A stretch of 63,776 nucleotides of DNA, the filler included, from Aduncisulcus paluster (Eukaryota): the NCBI GenBank assembly GCA_024181965.1. It is 7 parts of 7 records of this genome, joined end to end, with 100 filler letters (N's around TTAATTAATTAA, not from the genome) between each part and the next. Parts side by side here need not be neighbours in the genome. Positions count along the whole stretch, not along the records: positions 24,884 to 38,725 come from BQXS01013652.1; positions 38,826 to 50,872 come from BQXS01013778.1; 5 more parts are not named here. One strand, given 5' to 3'. This document shows positions 33,573-44,245 of this stretch, piece by piece. The notes under the pieces are model-generated. The model was not told where the DNA came from, searched no databases, and saw only the letters and a list, made by a program, of their open reading frames with translations. The translations under genes were made by a program, and so were the position numbers. Positions within the stretch are counted from its first letter, which is position 1, and each line of letters starts with the position of its first letter.

Positions 33573-34202
33573 CTACTGGTAATGTCTCCGTTCCATTGCC
33601 TCAAATATCTTCACAGCAATCTCTTGACCAAAGGAGGTTCCAATAACATCCACAGAGTGCAAAGAAGGACATGATTCAATGAGATCAAGGAGAGCTTTTC
33701 CAGCCCTATCAGAAATATTATTATATGATAAAGAAACTCGGCGAATATGGTCACTCCCCTTGAGAACATTACATAAACACACAACTCCTGGGTTTTCAAT
33801 CCCATTGTGATTCAAATAAATTTCAATAATAGGGAGAGACGTCGCATCAAGAGCCTGAGAAAGAGCAATAAGATTTACATCTCCAATATAATCTTTTGAA
33901 AAATCAAGGATCCCTCCAGGAACTCCTTGCCTAAAAACATCAATAATACTCTGCTTGGGATGAATTTCAAGACTACGACATGCGTCTTTATACAATGAAA
34001 TTTCTCTTTCAGCTGGAGGAAAGGCAGATCTATGAGAAGCATCTTCAATCTCTTTTCTCTTTGAAATCTCATCTGATATATATGAATGAACCTTGGTTGT
34101 AGGTGTTATGTATTTTTTCGCCCTTGCAAGAACATGTGGCCCATGCTGAGTCCTTGGAGCAGAAGGTGGCAAAGGTACGATGCTAGGATTTAGGTCTTCC
34201 AT
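33573..34202 (-). CDS. RI-type leucine-rich repeat protein
   Basis: LDFSKDYIGDVNLIALSQAL, IYLNHNGIENPGVVCLCNVL and VSLSYNNISDRAGKALLDLI (28-aa LRR period); first ATG at 34202. Confidence 0.85.
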   Translation of the reverse strand: MEDLNPSIVPLPPSAPRTQHGPHVLARAKKYITPTTKVHSYISDEISKRKEIEDASHRSAFPPAEREISLYKDACRSLEIHPKQSIIDVFRQGVPGGILDFSKDYIGDVNLIALSQALDATSLPIIEIYLNHNGIENPGVVCLCNVLKGSDHIRRVSLSYNNISDRAGKALLDLIESCPSLHSVDVIGTSFGQEIAVKIFEAMERRHYQ

Positions 34203-34488
34203 GGTTAAATTAGATATATTCAATGTAAATCAGAATATAAATGATGAAATATTCAAAGAATATGCTTAGATAATAAAGTGACCAAGGAAAATTCATCGAA
34301 AATCGATGTTCACTGGTTTCATATTAAATTAATATTCTGGATTTGAAAAGTTATCTAAAATAAGAAAAACTTAACATATTTAACAAGTAATATTGCAAAA
34401 TCATTGCCATTGAACTCTTAAACATAATGCCTTGTTTTTCCCTTTATTTGAAAGCAATTTAAAATCTGTAATTACTATTATTATATAC

Positions 34489-35637
34489 ATGAAAAGTCAG
34501 CAATCAATATTTGACATTATTTTTGCTAGAAATGTTAAAACTCAATTAGATATCGAAAATCCTCTTTTTCAGGAAGTTGAAGCCAGAAAACAATCCGCAA
34601 TCCAATATTTTTCTCGATTAATACTTCTTTTTATATCAATAACTCGAATTGCTAAAATGAGGGCGAGGGAATCGTCCCTCCAATCTCTCTCTTCAAGTTC
34701 CGGATTTTCTGAAGAACCTATTCCGTTTTCCCCCCGAAAAACTCATCAACCATTAAATATAGCTGTTTTTGGATGTGGTATTACGATGCATCGTGTTTTA
34801 AAACGTGTGTGTGAAGAGCTTCCAGATGATTTCTCTGTGTCTTTTCTCATTTATGTTCGAAATGTTGAAAGTGAGCGTGTCAAATCAACATCAGAGTATA
34901 TGTCCTCTATTTCTTCTTCTATTACAGCCACAATTAAATCTATTCCAGAGCTGAGAAAACAAAAGGAAGATTATGAAGAATCCCAAAGAAATCCTTCCGT
35001 ATCAACTTGTCCAATTAAAAATCCAATCATAGAAGTGAAAACGGGAGCTATAAGTGATTCTGGCACTCAATCAACATCTTCCATTTCTCAGCGTTTACAA
35101 ATCCCTATTCATCGTGTCAAAAAACAGTCAATGTCAGCCCTCTCGCCGCTTTCAAAGGTAGAATATCCTGATCTTATTCTCTCTGCTGTCCCAAGTGAAG
35201 CAGGTGCCGTTTATCTGGACTTGTTGAAGTTTTATTCATCATCAATGGTTCCTGCCCTCTCACTATCTCCGCTCTCTCCGATAATTATGTCTTTTTCTGA
35301 ATGGTCTTCCACCAAACTCTTTAAAGGTTTACTTATTCCATGTGTTGTTTCTCATGAACTTGAGGGTGAAGGAAGTGAAAAAGGAATCGAAGATCGAACG
35401 AAAGTATCTGATTTTATGTTTAAATACATTCAGCATCAACAAAAAACAAGAGGTGAAGGGACACAATCAGATTCAATGGAGAAAGCAGAGGATTCTAAGA
35501 GTTTGCTGGAAAAAGATGCCGTCTTTAGGAGAACGGCCGATATCATTCTGGCTCAAGCATATTCTATATTTAGGACGAGTCGACCAGCATCTAGATTATT
35601 AGAACGTATTGAATCAACGACTGATAAAGAATCTTGA
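34489..35637 (+). CDS. Rossmann-fold (NOXRED1/P5CR-like) domain protein, divergent
   Basis: NIAVFGCG dinucleotide-binding-like motif, FLIYVRN and PDLILSAVP; first ATG at 34489. Confidence 0.55.
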   Translation: MKSQQSIFDIIFARNVKTQLDIENPLFQEVEARKQSAIQYFSRLILLFISITRIAKMRARESSLQSLSSSSGFSEEPIPFSPRKTHQPLNIAVFGCGITMHRVLKRVCEELPDDFSVSFLIYVRNVESERVKSTSEYMSSISSSITATIKSIPELRKQKEDYEESQRNPSVSTCPIKNPIIEVKTGAISDSGTQSTSSISQRLQIPIHRVKKQSMSALSPLSKVEYPDLILSAVPSEAGAVYLDLLKFYSSSMVPALSLSPLSPIIMSFSEWSSTKLFKGLLIPCVVSHELEGEGSEKGIEDRTKVSDFMFKYIQHQQKTRGEGTQSDSMEKAEDSKSLLEKDAVFRRTADIILAQAYSIFRTSRPASRLLERIESTTDKES

Positions 35638-35668
35638 GCAATTTCTCCCATCTTTGAACGACGAATTG

Positions 35669-35744
35669 ATACTATACTATACTGTACTATACTGTACTAT
35701 ACTATACTGTACTATACTGTGCTATACTATACTGTACTATACTG
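35669..35744. repeat. Pentanucleotide microsatellite (ACTAT/ACTGT)n
   Basis: actatactat actgtactat actgtactat actatactgt..., about 15 units just downstream of the stop at 35637. Confidence 0.95.
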
Positions 35745-36203
35745 CAGTTACAATCGTTAATACTTTGAAATTTCACTGTATCGAGTTTTCACAAATGTAA
35801 AGGGGTGTTTTTGGAATAGATCCATTCATAATTCGTTCATCGGTGACCTCTCTATCTTGAATTACGCAGTGATCGGCGATCCATCGTGCCATAGCACCAG
35901 ATGCCATCAATTATGAATAAGGTCGGTTTATTAGAATGTGTGTTTTGAACTCAGCGGACCTTTTGTCGGGAAGTTCTAAATTGACCATTGTTTTCATCTG
36001 ATCGTACTCAATACATTCGATAGAAAGTTTCTCTTGCATCTGGGGGTCAGGAAAATTTCTTGACACATATTTAAATAATTTAAATATTTTAAGCACTTTT
36101 AGAAAGGGTTTATTGAGTAATTTTGATATTTTTCGATGATATCGCTTGTCAGTAAAGACTATTTCATTATTTCCACATTTGGACAAATTAACAAACTATT
36201 ACA

Positions 36204-38725
36204 ATGCAATCTGTTCCTCAAAACATATTAGAGATATTAACAAATCATCGTATTGATGATGAAATTCTGCTAACAGGAAGCACTGAGAAAGATAAAGTTT
36301 CTGGCGTTGAATATGATGAACTATTAGCAAAACTAAGAGGATATTTCTCAGATGCTTCTAAATCTCGAACTGCCACAATCATAGTTGAATATGTGAATGA
36401 TTATATGGCATATAAAGAAAAGAGTGTTAGAAAGCGTCCCGATACGCCTCCAGCATTTGTCAACTATATAGCGGAAAAAATTCGTAAAGAAGATCCCGAA
36501 TTTGAAAAAATATCAACCCGAAAGGTCGTATTAGAAGTTGAAACGTATTTGATGCCCCAAATCAACAAAAGAATCGGTAAGGATATTGCTGATGAGTATC
36601 TAGATGTTGTATTTAATGAACGTTGTGAATTATTTAGCCACCATCAACCATCTGACTTCTTTATTCCAAGCAAGTTTGTTAGTGGTGTCATTCCTTTTTC
36701 ACAGGCTATTTCTACGCTGAAAATGATTGAATTTGCTCAAACTCCAAGCGATAAGGCCAAAATATTATATGATACTTCAAAACTAGTAATAGACACACTT
36801 CGCGCCGTTGATGATGAAGTTGCTGCTGATTTGCTTCAAGATGTGATGTCTTATGTTATTTTGAAAGGAAACCCACCTCGTTTCCCTGCTCAGATTCGGT
36901 ATATCACAGAATATGGTCAATCCTTTCTTAAATCCAACATTATGGGATATACTCTCACTCAATGTCAAGTCGCCTCCGATTACCTTACTCGTCAACACGG
37001 AATGGAGGAAGAATTGGCCATGAAAAGTGGAAAATCAATCCATAAGGAGGAAATTGTTATGCTTATTCCAAAAGGAGAGAGAATGCTGGAATATGGCAAA
37101 GTTGTTGAAGAGAATGATGGAATTCCTCTATTTCGCGTTGTAAAACAGTCAGTAGTGATTGATAAATGCAGTTTATATTTTATTCCCCAATGGTACCATC
37201 ACCACAGTACTCTTTCTCATTCAGTATGTCTCATGGACTCTGATCGGGATAAACTTGAGGCTACGTACCATACCCCGTTAACACGAACGCCGTATGCATC
37301 GACATCATGTTCGGCCGCATTGCTTCCCCAGTCTACACAGGATGATACGATGGTGGGCGATAAAGTGAGTATTCCAAGGTGTCAGTGTGGAAAGTGTGGT
37401 GTTGAGTGTGTTGCTGTTGTACTCAATCCAAGGTGTGTTCCGTCTCACAGACAATTCTTTCGCAGTTTGTTCTTTAAGGAGGTTGAGGATTTCCTTGAAG
37501 AGCAGAGAGAGTTGGAGGAAGAAGAGAAAGAACGTTGTCGAGAAGAGGAGGAGCAGAAGAAGAGAGAGGAAGAGGGAATCGTATTGACAGAAGTTCAGAT
37601 CAGAAGGATGGAGAGGAAAAAAGCACAAGCATTGAAAAGAAAGAAGAAAGCTAAGAAACAGAAGAAGCAGCTAGAAAGCGATGAAAAGATTGCCGATAAC
37701 TTATGTGCTTTCTCTCTTGATAATGAAAATGGTGCATGGAATCAGAATTCTATTCTAGCTCGTTCTGCTTCTGAATGTGCATCTATTTTGGGAGTTTCTC
37801 ACTCTGAAGAAGCTCCCTGTCGATTCACGTGTGTTTTCATCCGTTCCGTTGATCTCACACAACTTCCATCCTATCTGACTCTTGTTCATATTTGTGGTGG
37901 AAATATCGCTAAACACCGACTTGATTGTTCCATGTTGGCTTCCTTACAATATCTCAGAGTTGGCCATTGTACGCATTATAGTTGCTCCAAGAGTAATATC
38001 AAGACCAGTGATGATTCTCATTCTATCAAAGAAGAGGAAGAGAAGAAGGGGGCGTGTCAAGGTCAAGGTACAAGTATTAAAGAACATGGTCAAATCCATG
38101 AAAAAGCTGTAGAAATAGTCACAGATGATACAGATAAAACATCAAAAGTCTCTGATGAAACCTGTTCTATACTAGACACCACGAAAGATGTTGAAGTGGA
38201 TTCCATTTCTCTTCCAACAACTGAACTCCATAGTGTCCCAGCATCCCCATCTCCAACTCAATCTAAGACTATATCTCCAATAATAGAACAACGAGAAAGT
38301 CCAATAATAGACCAACGAGAAAGTCCTTCTCTGCTTGAAACAGCTGATGACACAACACATATTGATGATTCTGAATCGACATGTATCCCAAAAGCCCAAG
38401 AAGGAGAAGGGAAAGAGGAAAGAGAAGGAAAGGAGTTAGTTGATACACAACACTGTGATACTGCTGCCACAAGTCAACCACTTTCTTTAACACCGATGGA
38501 AGGACAATCGTTACATCCTGATTCTGAAGCAGTCTCTTCTGAGTCTTATATTCTCCTAGATCTCCCCTCTATCGTGTGCATCTCTGAGAGTGTGCATAAT
38601 GGCATAATATACTTGTCCTCTATTATCCCAAAGAAACACACAATAATATCATGTTCACACGAAGAGAGGAAGAAGAGGGAGAAGAGAAAAGATGTCTGCT
38701 CTCTCTGTGAACGAGTTCATTTCTC
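36204..38725 (+). CDS. VPS9-domain protein with downstream STB6/STB2-like region; 3'-truncated
   Basis: VPS9: TPSDK, AADLLQDVMSYVILKGNPP...IRYITEY...GYTLTQ. Downstream SLYFIPQW and DLTQLPSYLTLVHICGGNIAKHR...LQYLRVG resemble the fungal STB6 N-terminal pattern. Confidence 0.85.
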
Positions 38726-38825
38726 NNNNNNNNNNNNNNNNNNNNNNNNNNNNNNNNNNNNNNNNNNNNTTAATTAATTAANNNNNNNNNNNNNNNNNNN
38801 NNNNNNNNNNNNNNNNNNNNNNNNN
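38726..38825. other. Artificial contig-joining spacer
   Basis: 44 N + TTAATTAATTAA + 44 N. Confidence 0.98.
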
Positions 38826-41800
38826 TGCTCTCTCCCTCTTGCTTAAGTTCTGACTCCTTCCTTCTCGACTCTTCCTCCTCTTTGAGCTTATCTTCTTTGA
38901 GCTTATCTTCTTTGAGCTTATCTTCTTTGAGCTTATCTTCCCCAACTCGGATCCATTATTCCTGCGAATTCCTTCTTCAGTAATATATTTATCGTCTTCC
39001 CTTCCCATTCCTTTCCTTCTCCTCTCCTTATCGTATTCCCTTGAATGTTCGATATCCATTTCATCATCAAGTTCCCTAACGGAGGAAAGAGGATGACTAT
39101 GAACATGACTTTCCACGCCTCTAGCACTATATTTTGTGCGGGACTGAGACTTGTGTTGAAGCGCAGAGACTTGGAGTTTGTGTTCAAGAGAATCAAGAAC
39201 ATGATTAAGATGGTCAATATGTTCGGTGGAGGATGAAGAGACATAATCCTTGGATTCGGTGCTGGAATGAACACTTCTCATAGATCCCTGATATTGCGTT
39301 TTCTTCTTCAGTTCAGGCGTACGATCTGAGGGAGCAAGTTTTTCACCTTGGGCACCTTGGGTCGTCGGAATGTGATGAGAAGAAGAAGGGGCTGTTTTCT
39401 TGGCCTTTCTTTCAAGTCCAAGGGGAATTGTTTGAAGTTTTGCTTTAAATTTTTGATTTCTAGATTGATACTTTTTATATTCAAAAGATTGACGATCAGA
39501 TTTGGAAGATTCAGTTGTATGGCCAGTTTTGTGAGGTAAATCAGTTTCTGATTTGTCAATTGATGATGATTGTGGTTTTATCAAAGCTATTTTAGGATTA
39601 GGGTGAGATACTCGACCATCATCAATATTGGTCTTCTTCTTGGGAGGAGGAGGTTTGTATTTCGATGATTTAGTAATCTTTGAATGAAATTCTTTCTTCT
39701 TTCGACTCTCTGTTGATTTATCTTGTTCACGTTTTGTACTTAAACCAACATCACTGTTTCTAAGTTCTTTAACATGCTGTTTTGAACTCTTTGGCTGTAA
39801 AGAATCATCTTTGGGGACCTCTTTATCTTCCAATTTCTTTCCTTCAACCTCCTTTCCTTTATCTGACTGCCGGTAGATATTCTGTTTCTCTTCATCATCT
39901 CCTTCTTCTTTGTCCTCACTGTGTCTATTTTTAGCATGAGAAAGGTGCGAGGACGAGAAAGATTCCGGATTGTCAAGTTCGGATGGAGTAGATATCTTCT
40001 CCTTCTTCTTTTTATCATCGACATCGTCAGCCATGAGAGAGTGATGTTTCGTATGAATAATTGGTTTTCTTTCAACATAAGACTCATGCTCGTCCTTAAT
40101 CCCTTGTTTTGAAATGGACTGAGAAGGAATATCACTTTCTTGACCCATAATACCCTTGTCAACAACTCCAGAAGGATGCTGAGGGTTTTTAGACGGTGAA
40201 ACATGACCTTCAAGCTTATCTTTAAATATCTCAGATTCACCATCGTATTTCTTTCCTTTCTTTTCTAATAATTCAGCACCATCATCCTCACCCTCAGGGT
40301 TGGACTGTTTAGAAGCATGTTGATGGAGGTCTGTTGAAGGCTTAGACTCTCGATCAACATGATCAGGTGGAACAATAATGCCATGATTGGAGTTAGATCG
40401 GCGAGGAGAGAGCGAAGGAGTTCTATATCTTCTAGGATCGTTGTCTTCCACACCATCTCTTAGTCCACTTCTAACATACTCCTGTTTTTCCTCCCTCCCT
40501 TCCATTTCTTCCCTTCTCCTCTCCTCCTCCTCCTCCTCTTCTTCTTCTTCTTCTTCTTCTCTCACAATCTCTTCCTTCGCTCTCTCTCTTCCTCTTCTTC
40601 TTTGCATCTCTTCTTCACATCTCGGACAATAAAGATCCTTATCTCTACCTCCTCCTGCTCTCTGACTTTCATGATGGACATGTTCATTTCCATGGCTTTC
40701 TTGATGAGTAGAAGAAGATGAAGCAACAAGAGCGTTGAAATTATTTGACAACTCAGCCTCTCTCTCTCGCAGACGACGCACTTCTTCACGTAGCTGCGAT
40801 ATAATCTCCATCGAATGTGTCAGGGCATGGCGCTGTTGTTGCGTTAGGTAAACAGCCCGCACACCCTCTCTTCCTTTCACGATATCATTCTTCTCTCGAG
40901 CATCACGAACACTAATGTGAGTGGCTCTATGGGCAAATCTCAGGGTATGAAGGGTATCTTCAACACACGAACGCAAGGGAGATACACATGCGACCAGAAA
41001 GACTCGCCCAAGCCCAGTGAATGAAGATTTGAGCAGCCGTGTAAGCTTACTGTTTCTATATGGAACATATACGGAAGAAGAGGAGGAGCTAGAGCCAGCG
41101 TGGCCCCCCCGTGTTTGTTTCTCAGAAGTCAAAGAGGACACACATGATGACAGGGCCAGAAGCGAACGATTAATATTAGATCCTTCCTTGATATGAGTGG
41201 CATTCTCACGAGTATATCCTCCAACTTTCTCAGAACCAGCCAAGTCAACAATAGTCAACACAACTGATCGATGGGGACGAATTGAATAATCGTGGCCATT
41301 CGAAGAACCATGCGGAACGGTACCAGCATCATCAGAAAGGTCGTCTTCCTCGTCTTCAAGTGGAGGTGCTAGATTGAGCATCACAAGGAAATGTGAACGA
41401 GAAGAAGCCTTATTGTGGATTGTTTCATCAGTAACTCTTCTTCTCATTGCTATTTTTAGAACACTTCTGGCATCGTCAGCATTGCGTATCCGTTTCTTTG
41501 TTAGATTCTCCACCACAATCCCTTCCTGTTTGTTTTCAAGCACTCTTCTCCCCGGTTGACTCAGCCTTAGGTGAGATGGATAGAACTGAGGCAATTCAAA
41601 TGGAGCATCAAGATCCACATCAATCCTCGTCTCCTCGCCTCCATCATACTCTTCTCCATGGTGTCTTTCCCTTTTCTGGTCCATTCTGTCATGTCCAACA
41701 TGAAGAGAATCAACAACCCTTGATCTGGCCGTCCCGTGAATTCCATCGTTGGAACTATCCTTATGATACTGTTTGTGAGGGTGTGATTGAGCTGTATGCT

Positions 41801-43492
41801 TACTTGGATGATTATAACTCAAAGCAGTGTATTTGTACGAATCACGAGAGTATTTCCCGCCTTTAGGTCGTTTAGCTTTCTTCCTTCTTTCTTCTTCAAT
41901 TTCCTCCAACATCTTTTCTTCAAGCTCTTTCTTCCTCTGTTCCCTCGCTTCTTTCTCTCTCTGAATAAGAATATCATCCCATTTGTCATCAAGAAGATCA
42001 AACACTTTCTCACAATACACTTCGACACAGTTAATGGTGATCGCAATTGAAGGATGCACATGTTTAAACACATCATCGATCAGACGAAGTCCAATCCCAT
42101 CTCTCCTTGAATCATTGATGCCATCGCCATCTAGAACAATATCTCCCACTTTCTGACAAGCTTCCCCTTCTGACAAGACTGATTCGACGGCTGGTAAATG
42201 GGCTGTGTCACAAGGCTGATGTTGCGGTTGTTCAGCGATCCCTCCAAATAGAGTGTATGTTTTACCACTATTACTTGCACCATATGCCATGAATGTGATG
42301 GGTATTGATCGGTTTAGTAAATGCGGCAATGAGGGAGAGAGCAAACCATGGACATCCTTTTGTTGGTGGAAGGGAGATAAAACGTAGGAGAACGTGAAGG
42401 GATGCGTAAGAGGAGCTGATTGGCTGGTAGTTTCATGCCTAACAACTAGTTTACCGTGATAAGAAATATCTGAGTTCGATGAATAGGTTTTTGAAGAGGA
42501 TTGATCAACAGTGATCACTGAGGATTCACCTTTTAAAAATATCGGACGAATTCTAACACACACAGAGAATCTTTGCGACGTAGGCTGTTTCTTTGATANN
42601 NNNNNNNNNNNNNNNNNNTATTACTTGCACCATATGCCATGAATGTGATGGGTATTGATCGGTTTAGTAAATGCGGCAATGAGGGAGAGAGCAAACCATG
42701 GACATCCTTTTGTTGGGGGAAGGGAGATAAAACGTAGGAGAACGTGAAGGGATGCGTAAGAGGAGCTGATTGGCTGGTAGTTTCATGCCTAACAACTAGT
42801 TTACCGTGATAAGAAATATCTGAGTTCGATGAATAGGTTTTTGAAGAGGATTGATCAACAGTGATCACTGAGGATTCACCTTTTAAAAATATCGGACGAA
42901 TTCTAACACACACAGAGAATCTTTGCGACGTAGGCTGTTTCTTTGATACCAATTCATGTTGTGGAATAGCTGAAGAATCATGGCGAATCGTGGAATCGCT
43001 TGATACTGTAATCTTGCTTTTCTTTCCTTTCGATTTAGGTTTCTTGCCAGATACATGTTTCTTGGCTATTTTAGCTTTATGCAACGATGAATATGAATTT
43101 GAATTTTTGGGGTTTTCACTCGCGAGATTCCCAATGGACTTAATTCCAGCTTTTTGTTTAAAAGAGGGCTTATATTTCTTAGATCTCGTAATAAATTTCC
43201 CTTGGGTGTTTTTTTTCTTATTTTTATGTGATAATTTTGGTTTTAATCGACCAATTGGAGACTTTGGTTCACTTGAGATTTTTCCAGGAGATGTAGCGCT
43301 TTTTGAGCCGATAAGACCCATATTTTTCATAGCCTTTGAAGCTGGAGAAAGGGATATTGATCTTAATACATGATGACGGGGAGAAACAGCAACTCCAGAT
43401 GAAATAAATGAAGGTTGCCTCGATTGGGAATAATCTTCATGGGGAGAAATTTCTCCACTATATTCGTGATCTACATGTTGACTATAACTCAT
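38826..43492 (-). CDS. Kinesin motor protein (most kinesin-8-like), split in the ORF track by a gap duplication; 3'-truncated
   Basis: VCVRIRP, YGASNSGKT (P-loop), NKASSRSH (switch I), DLAGSE (switch II), EGSNINRSLLAL, VPYRNSKLTRLLK and EDTLHTLRFAHRA; ~190-aa basic N-terminal extension. Confidence 0.92.
38881..38940. repeat. 15-bp perfect tandem repeat x4 (encodes KISSK repeats in the kinesin tail)
   Basis: tttgagcttatcttc x4. Confidence 0.95.
42269..42948. other. Assembly artefact: 20-N gap (42599-42618) with 330-bp duplicated flanks
   Basis: 42269-42598 is repeated at 42619-42948 with one visible mismatch (tgttggtgga vs tgttggggga; His vs Pro). Confidence 0.9.
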
Positions 43493-44245
43493 TTAAAAAA
43501 TAGATTTGATATAAATTACTTGAATTCTTTTGAAATAACCGAAATATATTAAAGTGTCCAATAAATGTATAAACACGAATTTTATATAAGTAAATATATA
43601 GATATGTAATGTTATAACGTTAATATTAATGTATTTAGTTGTGAAGTTTTTTAAAGTCAGAGAAATCGACGAAATTGGAATATATGCTCAGATAGTAAAT
43701 AATTTATTCATTATATAAATGAAACAAATATATACCAGAGTAAAATTGAAAAATAATCATTGTTCATTCAAGAGGAAAGTAAATGTCCCTATTTACAGAA
43801 AATTTCTGGATAACGATTCTGTTTGAGTCTGATTGAAATTATTACTGGGGGTAAATTTATTTAATTTTACATGACAATGTAAATATGAGATTAAATTGTC
43901 TACTATGACACCAATTGCTCACTTGCCACAGTGCATTGCCACTGGTGTGAAGGATACTGTTTGATAACCATCTAAATTTTTCTTTTTCTTTTTTAGGTGA
44001 ATTAGAAAAGGGATATGGACTTGAATGACTCAACGGATCGTCTGGATGTTCCATTTGATCATCAAACGAACACATGATGTGTTCCAATCAATAAAATCAA
44101 TTTAATATTAGGTCTTTAGCAGAATTTTGTTTAAATTTATTAATTAACATTCAAATAGAAGTGTTTAGATAGCCTAGAAGAAATCTGTCTCCCATACAAG
44201 CTGATTTGCCACACCTTCTATCACATAAAATTAGATTAGATCTTA

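Noticed and set aside
35950..36070. RNase P/MRP RNA suggested by GGGAAGTTCT
   Set aside because: No complementary CR-V/P4 partner was found downstream.
43857..44087. 76-aa minus-strand ORF as a relic of the beta-sandwich domain
   Set aside because: The similarity is only a few residues and the ORF starts at TTG; cannot be supported without a profile search.
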